Shown in pieces: positions 19,394 to 26,979 of a DNA stretch of 54,341 nucleotides (position 1 is its first letter; every line of letters starts with the position of its first letter). The notes under the pieces were generated by a model. The model searched no databases. It saw only the letters and a list, made by a program, of their open reading frames with translations, and had not been told where the DNA came from. Origin of the DNA: Candidatus Omnitrophota bacterium (GTDB lineage Bacteria; Omnitrophota; Gorgyraeia; Zapsychrales; Zapsychraceae); NCBI GenBank assembly GCA_015233495.1, contig JADFXQ010000007.1, forward strand, positions 1 through 54,341, in the 5' to 3' direction. The position numbers and the translations under genes are program-made.

Positions 19394-20018
19394 CCGCAAT
19401 TTCCATAGTGTGCCGGGCGGGTAACCGGCTGCGCTTGATATTCAAATCGGCCTCTTGGAGAACCAAGAGGCCTTTTTTGTATACATCCTCGGCAACCCGG
19501 CCGCGTTTCTTGCCCCAAAACCAAACCAGACCCGGAACCATTTGCAGCGGATGAACGCCTTCGTTGAGCAAATCATCCAGAATTTTCAAGGCCGCCGCCG
19601 GCTGACGCCGGTCCAGCGCCAGAGTGACCTGAAAAATATTTTTGATCTCCGGCTTGTCAAACCGCAGAGTCCGGACCACAGCCGCGAAATCCGCGTCCTT
19701 GAAGAAATTTTTTTTGCCGGTTGTTTGCGCGTCCAAAATCACCGAGAGATGCGCCGGTTGCGACAGCAAATGTTCGCGCAAAACCTGCTGGCCGGCTTCA
19801 TTCAATTTTTCGGCTTCATAGATTACGACTAATCGCTGCGCCGCGACCGCGGGCAAAGCGATCAGGGCTTTTTTCAACGTGTCCCCGTCGCATTGCGTCC
19901 CGTAAAGCGTCTCCAAATCAAATTCCTGACTCTCTTTCATCGGCAGGAGTTCTTGTTTCAAGCGGGCAATCTGTTGATCTTTCGCGGCGCGGTCTTCGCC
20001 TAAGAGGAGGGTAAACAT
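19365..20018 (-). CDS. holA: DNA polymerase III delta subunit, shortened (217 aa)
   Basis: LLLGED N-terminus, RLVVIYEAEKL, LQEADLNIK C-terminus; follows lptE as in leuS-lptE-holA clusters. Confidence 0.75.
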   Translation of the reverse strand: MFTLLLGEDRAAKDQQIARLKQELLPMKESQEFDLETLYGTQCDGDTLKKALIALPAVAAQRLVVIYEAEKLNEAGQQVLREHLLSQPAHLSVILDAQTTGKKNFFKDADFAAVVRTLRFDKPEIKNIFQVTLALDRRQPAAALKILDDLLNEGVHPLQMVPGLVWFWGKKRGRVAEDVYKKGLLVLQEADLNIKRSRLPARHTMEIAVMKLFALLP

Positions 20019-20019
20019 A

Positions 20020-20541
20020 TCACCAATTTTCAATCGTCCGTTCCACAGTGCGCCGGGCCAGATCGGTGAGCGCGTCTTCCACGGCCGCGTCTTCGGACTT
20101 CGCTTGCGGTCCGGTTAAAAAATATGTTGCCTCGCCGGCAAAACCTTTTTCCGCCCACACTGCAGTTTCGGTTTTCGGATCGATCAACTCCAAATCTACG
20201 ACAACGCGCACCCGGTATTCCTGCACGTCGTTGTTGTCGGTGTAACGCAAAGCGTCCCGCTGATAGTCTACGAGCTTGCCTTTCAACATCAACTCCGCCT
20301 TCTCCGACTTAACCGGCCGCAGATTGCCGTCGAGCAAAAACCGGTCGTTGACCGCCTTACGGACGCGGACTTCCAGCAGCGGCAAATAAAGACGCTGGCT
20401 CCCTTCCGTGGAAAAACCCACGCCGTTTTCAAACGGCGCGATATAAATCGTCCGCTCTTTCATGGTAGTGGCGCGGGTGGAATATCCGCAGCCCGCGGCC
20501 AAAATAACCCCAGCGAATAAAAATAAAATAACTCGTTTCAT
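20020..20541 (-). CDS. lptE: LptE family lipoprotein
   Basis: Lipobox LAAGC-GY, IYIAPFEN, terminal LARRTVERTIENW. Confidence 0.8.
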   Translation of the reverse strand: MKRVILFLFAGVILAAGCGYSTRATTMKERTIYIAPFENGVGFSTEGSQRLYLPLLEVRVRKAVNDRFLLDGNLRPVKSEKAELMLKGKLVDYQRDALRYTDNNDVQEYRVRVVVDLELIDPKTETAVWAEKGFAGEATYFLTGPQAKSEDAAVEDALTDLARRTVERTIENW

Positions 20542-21491
20542 TTGTTGGCGATCTCTTTTAAACGCTGGGCAGCTTTCTTCATCCAGCTTGTCGTTCCGTA
20601 GTCATTCAAGACATTATTGTAATATATCCTCGCTGCCGTGAAATTTTTCTGCTTCACATAAAATTCAGCGATCACGAACTGGTTTTGCGCCTCTTTTTCC
20701 CGCAAATTGCCGATCTCTTGTTTGGCCGTGTCCGTCAACTCGGCATCCGGATGGTCGGTCACGAATTTTTTCAACTCGTCAACCGCGGTCTGCGTCACTT
20801 TCTGATCATATTGCGCGGCCGTTGACCGTTTGGCGTCCGACATCGCGATCTGATATTTCGCAGCCTTAGCCCATTCGTTGTTCGGATAATCATTGGTCAC
20901 CTTCTCAAATTCGTCACGCGCTTCCTGATACAGCTTTTTTTCCTGCAAATAGAGCCCGATCTTATACCGCGACGGCGGCGCCAATTCGCCATAGGGCGCG
21001 TTTTTAATGACCTTCTTAAACACCTCGATCACATCGTCTTCTTTGCCGGTCAACGCGTCCATCAACTGCGAACGGTTCGCCTTGCCTTCCAATATCCGCT
21101 CGCCGATCGCGTATTGGCGTTTCACCACCTCAGCCGACCGCTCGCTGAACGGATATTTGTCCACCACAATTTGATATTCATTCACCGCCTGATACAACTT
21201 TCCCTGGTCTTCATAACATTGGCCGATATAAAACTGCGCCTCCGGGGCCTGGCGAGCCAAAGGATAATGCTTGATCAATTTATGAAACTCATTGATCGCT
21301 TCCTTATATTTCTTATCACTGAAAAAACCCAATCCATATTTAAGCTGAGCGTCCGGAGTTTCCTTCACGTCATATTTGGGGTTAATCCACTTGTTCGTCT
21401 CCGGAGTCCACACCCAAAAGGCGAACGCGGCAGACGAAATACCAAGTAAATAGATTGTAGAAATTATTATAAGCAGAAAAGACTTTTTCAT
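20538..21491 (-). CDS. bamD: Outer membrane assembly factor BamD-like TPR protein
   Basis: Repeated TPR units (A..EF.K....YP), REKEAQNQFVIAEFYVKQKNFTAARIYY. Confidence 0.8.
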   Translation of the reverse strand: MKKSFLLIIISTIYLLGISSAAFAFWVWTPETNKWINPKYDVKETPDAQLKYGLGFFSDKKYKEAINEFHKLIKHYPLARQAPEAQFYIGQCYEDQGKLYQAVNEYQIVVDKYPFSERSAEVVKRQYAIGERILEGKANRSQLMDALTGKEDDVIEVFKKVIKNAPYGELAPPSRYKIGLYLQEKKLYQEARDEFEKVTNDYPNNEWAKAAKYQIAMSDAKRSTAAQYDQKVTQTAVDELKKFVTDHPDAELTDTAKQEIGNLREKEAQNQFVIAEFYVKQKNFTAARIYYNNVLNDYGTTSWMKKAAQRLKEIANK

Positions 21492-21563
21492 AGCGAATGA
21501 ATCTATCACAGCGCCAAAGGTTTGTCAATCAACCGGAATATTGTTTACGTCGTAAGGGCGGCC

Positions 21564-23072
21564 CTATGACTTTGAAATGAGCTTGACTAAACGCGTTACG
21601 GTAAAATAACAAAGGAGCAAAAATATATAATAAAATAGCACCTGCCATAAGTTGATCATTGGCAGGGAAATACAGCCCAGCGGAATTTTGTCGCACAATG
21701 TGCTGGCCGCGGCCATGAGGCTCAAGACTGCCAGAAGGCATGTGGAAAAAATAAAAACGGCCGGCGGAAGACAAAGTCCGAACAGAATGACCGCGAACCC
21801 GAGCCATACGGCCAAGGTGGTGAGCGGAATGATGAGGAGATTGGTCAACAGCGCGACCGGCGAGAACATTTGAAAATACCAGGCCACCAGACCAGCGGTG
21901 CCGATGGTCACGGCGAACGAGACTAAAATCACGTCAACCACCCGGCGCCGCCAACCGCGGTAAAAATTCGGTTGGGTTTGTTTAAGCCGGCCGCTCAACA
22001 ACGGGAAAAAAATAAAAATCGAAGCCACACACGCAAAAGACAATTGAAACCCGATGTCGAACAACGCGGCAGGATCAAACAGCAAGATACAGAACGCGGC
22101 CACGCCCAGACTGTTAGCCGCGTCATTGTCGCGCTCAATCACCCGGCCGAACGCGAATACCGCGAACATTTCCACGGCCCGCACCACCGGCGGCTGGGCA
22201 TCGACCATGACCGCGTAGACCGCCAATACAATAATCATCGCGGCCCAATGGATACGGCTCGAAAAACACAACACGCCCAGGATAATCCAGAGCAGACACG
22301 CCATCATCCCAATATGCTCGCCGCCGATCGAGAGAATATGCACCGTGCCGGTGCGGCTCAAGACCGCCCGGAAGTTCGACACCAAAGGCGAACGTTCGCC
22401 TAAGAGCATTTCCCTCATAAACCCGGCGGAGACCGGCGGCAACGAACTGTGCAATACGGCCGCCCAATTGCGTCGGATCTGAAAAATGTGTTTGTGAAAA
22501 AAAGCTCCCTGTCCGTCGATCAACCGTTTCGGCTGGTCCCGGCCAACGCTGAACACTTCCGTCACATCGTGTTTCTTAAGATAATCCGCGTAAGAAAACC
22601 GGCCATGTTGAAAATCATAAGGTTTATGCAAACGGCCGCTGATTTGCCATTTTTCGCCGTAAGAACCGTCCAATGTTCCGAAGACTTGAACAAAAATCTT
22701 GCTCCGGGTTTTTAAAACCACATCCGGTTTGCGAACTTCCTCTGCCTCAAAATAAAATGTCGTTCGCTTCGCGCGCGCCTGCGGATCGGAAATAATCGTC
22801 CCGGTCACTGTGATATCTTCGCCGGAAAACAGCGACTCATAATGGGACAGCTGATTAGCGGGGACCATGCGTTGGGTCTGACTGACAAACATTCCCAGTA
22901 AAAGAAAAGCCAGACAGAACACAAAAAATCGCTGAGTGGAAGGAAAAATGAACAACAGCGCGATCAAACTGATCACGCCAGTCCCGATCATCCAAGCCGG
23001 AATCCCCAGGCCATAATCCACCCCAATGCCGAGCATAAACGCCAGCGAAAGCCAGACAAACGGCCGAGTCAT
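21564..23072 (-). CDS. comEC: ComEC/Rec2 competence protein (OB and competence domains, no MBL domain); start revised to ATG 23072
   Basis: TGTVHILSIGGEHIG, PPVVRA, DIGFQLSF. The upstream in-frame extension in the ORF track does not look coding. Confidence 0.88.
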   Translation of the reverse strand: MTRPFVWLSLAFMLGIGVDYGLGIPAWMIGTGVISLIALLFIFPSTQRFFVFCLAFLLLGMFVSQTQRMVPANQLSHYESLFSGEDITVTGTIISDPQARAKRTTFYFEAEEVRKPDVVLKTRSKIFVQVFGTLDGSYGEKWQISGRLHKPYDFQHGRFSYADYLKKHDVTEVFSVGRDQPKRLIDGQGAFFHKHIFQIRRNWAAVLHSSLPPVSAGFMREMLLGERSPLVSNFRAVLSRTGTVHILSIGGEHIGMMACLLWIILGVLCFSSRIHWAAMIIVLAVYAVMVDAQPPVVRAVEMFAVFAFGRVIERDNDAANSLGVAAFCILLFDPAALFDIGFQLSFACVASIFIFFPLLSGRLKQTQPNFYRGWRRRVVDVILVSFAVTIGTAGLVAWYFQMFSPVALLTNLLIIPLTTLAVWLGFAVILFGLCLPPAVFIFSTCLLAVLSLMAAASTLCDKIPLGCISLPMINLWQVLFYYIFLLLCYFTVTRLVKLISKS

Positions 23073-23245
23073 GGTTGCCCTTTCGTGCTTTTTTGACCCT
23101 TGTCCCGCCCCGTTTCCGTCGTTTCCACAAACAACAAGGCATTTTTGACAACCGGGTATTTCCGGCTCAAAGCGCTCAGGCACGTCCCGACAAAAATAAC
23201 CACCACCAGCCCCAAAAGCGCGAGGCGCTCCTGACGGGTTAACAT
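23069..23245 (-). CDS. 58-aa single-TM protein resembling the ComEA N-terminal anchor, without the HhH domain
   Basis: MLTRQERLALLGLVVVIFVGTCLSALSRKYP...GQP*; ATGA overlap with comEC; sits where comEA is expected. Confidence 0.55.
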   Translation of the reverse strand: MLTRQERLALLGLVVVIFVGTCLSALSRKYPVVKNALLFVETTETGRDKGQKSTKGQP

Positions 23246-23331
23246 AGAGAATCCAATCTACGGGAGAAAAATTATTGGGGGAAACGTTAGGGACTATATG
23301 ATTGAAAAACCTACACTGCTCAATGATCGTC

Positions 23332-23541
23332 AAACCGCAACCACGAACGCTCCGCGGTGTGTGCGTCGATACCAAAACCGCGCGCCCAAAAGTTGGTGAG
23401 GAAGGGTTTCGGCTGCGTTCTGAGGCCGTTCTTAATTCTTTTTCCAGAAATAGGCCGAAGGCAGCGGCCGAAACCCTTCCTCACCAACCCCGCGCGCCTT
23501 TATCGAAACGCGATACCGCGCGAACGAACGCTTCACGGTTT
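23332..23541. repeat. ~210-bp long imperfect hairpin (MITE-like element or structured RNA)
   Basis: Core GTTGGTGAGGAAGGGTTTCGGC / GCCGAAACCCTTCCTCACCAAC perfect inverted repeat, extended by GCGCG, CGATA/TATCG, CGCGGT/ACCGCG and AAACCG/CGGTTT pairings. Confidence 0.75.
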
Positions 23542-23552
23542 GCCCATCGACT

Positions 23553-23595
23553 ACGGGCGATCACAAGCCTGCCGTAGGCAGGGGGGCGCCCCTAC
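23553..23595 (-). repeat. REP copy interrupted by palindrome CCTGCCGTAGGCAGG; provides the leuS TAG stop
   Basis: acgggcgatcacaag[cctgccgtaggcagg]ggggcgcccctac versus intact arm acgggcgcccacgaggggcgcccctac. Confidence 0.75.
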
Positions 23596-26072
23596 GATAC
23601 AACGATGTTCACTAGCTTATTCGGCACAAACACAAATTTCTTGATCTCTTTGCCTTCGACAAACACCTTGACCCGCTCATCCGCCAGGGCCATTTGCTTA
23701 AGTGTCGCCTCACCGGCATCCGCGGCGGCGGTGAACTGACCGCGCAGTTTGCCGTTGACCTGGACGACAATCTTGACCTGATCGCGCTTGAGCATCGCTT
23801 CCTCAAACTTCGGCCAGGCGGCCCGGCTGATCGTGTCTTCCTGGCCGGCAATCTTCTGCCACAACTCCTCGCACAGATGCGGCGCAATCGGCGCCAACAA
23901 CAACAAAACCGTGCGGCAGGCCCGGTTCAACACCGCCTGATCCGCCGGATTCTGCGCCGTGAATTTATCAATCTGATTCAACAACACCATGAGCGAGCTA
24001 ATCGCGGTGTTGAATTTATACAACTCAAAATCCTCGCTCACATTTTTAATTGCCTCATGCCGGGCCCGTTCCATATCCCGCGCCGGGCCGGTAATCTCCG
24101 CGTCCTTTAACCGATCATCCGCCGGTTGATACCGGTCATAAATCAAAGACCAAACCCGGGTCAAAAATTTCCACGACCCGCCGACCCCATTGTCATCCCA
24201 TTCCAACTGATCCTCGGGCGGCGCCGCGAACAAAATAAACACGCGCAAAGTATCCGCGCCAAACTTTTCAATAATCGCGTCCGGGTCCACCACATTGCCC
24301 TTGGACTTCGACATAACCTCGCCGTTGAGCAACACCATGCCTTGCGTCAACAACCGCTTAAACGGCTCGTCGAACTTCACCAAACCGAGGTCGCGCAAAA
24401 ATTTTGTGAAAAACCGGGAATACAACAAATGCAAAATCGCGTGCTCAATCCCGCCGATATATTGATCCACTGGCATCCAATAATTCGTGATATCGGGATG
24501 GAACGGCCGGTCTTTGTTCAAATCCGTATACCGCATATAATACCAACTGCTGTCGAAAAACGTGTCCATCGTGTCCGTTTCCCGGCGGTATTTTTTTCCG
24601 GTCGTTTTGTCGACATAATAGCGAAAACTCCCCGACGTAGCTAAGGGATTGCCCCGGCCGAACTCCACGTCTTCCGGCAAACGCACCGGCAAATCATCCT
24701 CGGGGATCGGCTGCGGATTGCCGTCATCATCATAAAAAATCGGGATCGGCGTGCCCCAATAGCGTTGACGGGATATCAGCCAATCCTTGAGCCGGAACGT
24801 CACAGTTCGTTCGCCAAAACCCTGACTTTCCATCCACTGCGAAATCGCGGCCATGGCGTCCGGGCTGCTCATGCCGTCGAATTGTTGCGAATTGACCATG
24901 ATCCCGGCGTCCACAAACGCGGCGGTCATATCCGCGGCGTTCAGAATCGCGTGATCAACCGGTCGAATCACCACTGACACCGGCAATCCATATTTTTTCG
25001 CGAATGTAAAATCCCGCTGATCATGCGCCGGCACAGCCATGACCGCGCCCGTGCCATAATCCATAATCACATAATCCGCGACCCACAAAGGCACGCGCCG
25101 GCCATTCACCGGATTGATCACATATACGCCCAGCGGCTTGCCGTTTTTATCCGAACTCTCGCCGAGCCGGTCAATCAATGAACGTTTCGTCACTTCCTTA
25201 ATAAACGACGCGATTTCCGATTCGTTCGCCTTGCCGATAGTCCACTCTTTGCACTTAGGATGTTCCGCGGCCAAAACCACATATTCAATCCCAAACACCG
25301 TATCCGGCCGGGTCGTAAAAGTTTTCAACTCGTCGATCTTCTTGCCCTGCGCGTCCACCACATCGAATTTGATCGTCGTGCCATAACTCTTGCCGATCCA
25401 ATTCCTCTGCATGGTCTTGACCCGTTCCGGCCAATTCTCCAGCTTGTCCAAATCCCGCAGTAAGGACTCGGCATAATCCGTAATCCGGATAAACCACTGT
25501 TCAATCTCGCGTTTCTCCACCACCGCGCCGCTGCGCCAGCCTTTCCCGTCAATCACCTGCTCATTTGCCAGCACGGTCTGATCCGCCGGGTCCCAATTCA
25601 CCAATGACTTTTTCTTATACGCCAGCCCGCGTTTAAACATCTGAATAAAAATCCACTGGTTCCAGCGATAATATTCTTCGCTGTGGCTGTACAAAAACCG
25701 CGACCAGTCATAACTCAGGCCCATGGCCTTCATCTGGGCCACCATGTCCTGCATCCGGTTGTCGGTCCAAACCCGCGGGCTGGTCTTATTTTTGATCGCC
25801 GCGTTCTCCGCCGGCAAACCAAAACTGTCAAACCCCATCGGGTAAAGCACGTTAAACCCCTGCATCCGGCGGTACCGCGCCATCACATCGCCGATCGTGT
25901 AATTCCGCACATGCCCCATGTGCAATTTTCCCGAAGGATACGGATACATTTCCAAGACATAATATTTCGGCCGGTCAGAGCGCGCCTCGGCCTTAAATAC
26001 CTTGTTCTCGTCCCAAAACATCTGCCACTTGGCTTCAATCCGCTTGATTTCATTGCTGTTATAAGTCGTCAT
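23592..26072 (-). CDS. leuS: Leucyl-tRNA synthetase
   Basis: [20 protein letters not shown] editing domain, [17 protein letters not shown]. Confidence 0.98.
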   Translation of the reverse strand: MTTYNSNEIKRIEAKWQMFWDENKVFKAEARSDRPKYYVLEMYPYPSGKLHMGHVRNYTIGDVMARYRRMQGFNVLYPMGFDSFGLPAENAAIKNKTSPRVWTDNRMQDMVAQMKAMGLSYDWSRFLYSHSEEYYRWNQWIFIQMFKRGLAYKKKSLVNWDPADQTVLANEQVIDGKGWRSGAVVEKREIEQWFIRITDYAESLLRDLDKLENWPERVKTMQRNWIGKSYGTTIKFDVVDAQGKKIDELKTFTTRPDTVFGIEYVVLAAEHPKCKEWTIGKANESEIASFIKEVTKRSLIDRLGESSDKNGKPLGVYVINPVNGRRVPLWVADYVIMDYGTGAVMAVPAHDQRDFTFAKKYGLPVSVVIRPVDHAILNAADMTAAFVDAGIMVNSQQFDGMSSPDAMAAISQWMESQGFGERTVTFRLKDWLISRQRYWGTPIPIFYDDDGNPQPIPEDDLPVRLPEDVEFGRGNPLATSGSFRYYVDKTTGKKYRRETDTMDTFFDSSWYYMRYTDLNKDRPFHPDITNYWMPVDQYIGGIEHAILHLLYSRFFTKFLRDLGLVKFDEPFKRLLTQGMVLLNGEVMSKSKGNVVDPDAIIEKFGADTLRVFILFAAPPEDQLEWDDNGVGGSWKFLTRVWSLIYDRYQPADDRLKDAEITGPARDMERARHEAIKNVSEDFELYKFNTAISSLMVLLNQIDKFTAQNPADQAVLNRACRTVLLLLAPIAPHLCEELWQKIAGQEDTISRAAWPKFEEAMLKRDQVKIVVQVNGKLRGQFTAAADAGEATLKQMALADERVKVFVEGKEIKKFVFVPNKLVNIVVS

Positions 26073-26161
26073 AAGAATATTTCTTTCATCAACATAAAAA
26101 ACCGGCCAATAAAATAAAAGCTACTATAACAAAAAATATCAAAAAAAACCACAAAACCTTG

Positions 26162-26431
26162 TCAACGGAATAAATCCGAATGAGTTCCCGTGCGCTCAAA
26201 AATGACCAAATCGCCCGAAATTTTATAAATCACCAACCAATCCGATTCGATATGACACTCTATACGGCCCACGTAATCTCCGGCCAACTTATGATCACGA
26301 TGGATAGGATCCAAAGACTGTCCGGCGACGATCGTCTCAATAATTAGCTTTAATTTCGGGAAACTTTTGCCCCGGCGCTTTGCTAAATGGATATCTTTTT
26401 CAAACTGTTTTGTATAAGAAGGTTGGAACAT
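26162..26431 (-). CDS. yafQ: YafQ family mRNA interferase toxin
   Basis: RDHKLAGDY..RIECHIESDWLVIY...RTGTHSDLF. Confidence 0.92.
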   Translation of the reverse strand: MFQPSYTKQFEKDIHLAKRRGKSFPKLKLIIETIVAGQSLDPIHRDHKLAGDYVGRIECHIESDWLVIYKISGDLVIFERTGTHSDLFR

Positions 26432-26691
26432 TAAATCCCCAGCTTAGCGTAAAGTTCCTTAACATCAGCGCAAATCACGACATCCCTCCCCGCGTCCGTG
26501 TCACGAAAAGTTTGCGCCGTGGCCTCATTCGGGACAACCACGTCAAACGGCAAACCCCGGCGCATTTCCACCTGCTTATAAAAAATTGTCAGGGCTTCCG
26601 TAGCTGATAACCCAATGCTCCGAAAGACACGTTCGGCTTTAGTTTTTAAACCCGGCTCAATCCGCGCCCGGATCATCGCTGTTTTGCTCAT
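26431..26691 (-). CDS. dinJ: RelB/DinJ family antitoxin
   Basis: IRARIEPGLKTKAERVF..IGLSATEA...GLPFDV..PNEAT. Confidence 0.9.
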   Translation of the reverse strand: MSKTAMIRARIEPGLKTKAERVFRSIGLSATEALTIFYKQVEMRRGLPFDVVVPNEATAQTFRDTDAGRDVVICADVKELYAKLGI

Positions 26692-26740
26692 ATCGTCTCC
26701 TCATAAATTCTGTCAACCTGCGTTTATCCTAGACAATATA

Positions 26741-26770
26741 AATGTATCACAATTGAGATACATAATCAAG
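26741..26770 (-). promoter_or_regulatory. dinJ-yafQ promoter with 20-bp operator palindrome
   Basis: TGTATCACAATTGAGATACA (26743-26762) is a near-perfect palindrome within TTGATT-18 nt-TACATT. Confidence 0.7.
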
Positions 26771-26979
26771 TTTTGATTTTCTATGACATTCGTAATCAAG
26801 ATAACGGGGGCATTAGGGGAGATTCGACAAATCCAATGCCTTTCGCAGCTTTGGCCTGGGAGAACTTTGAATGATTTTACAATGATCCAAGACTTGTATT
26901 TGTTTTACCTTTTCCATATTGATTACTATAAAATATTACTCCAACCCCGCCGCAGTTCAAATTTTTTTATTCGCGCTAT

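Noticed and set aside
23073-23375. 101-aa N-terminal extension of ComEC given by the ORF track
   Set aside because: It overlaps a better small ORF in another frame and the long hairpin; ATG 23072 gives a typical start.
23332-23541. 6S RNA or T-box identity for the long hairpin
   Set aside because: It lies downstream, not upstream, of leuS, and I see no T-box sequence or clear 6S central bubble. An Rfam search is needed to exclude these fully.
26813-26917. 34-aa minus-strand ORF MEKVKQIQVLDHCKI..., faintly like a DUF2442 N-terminus
   Set aside because: Too short and the similarity too weak to support.
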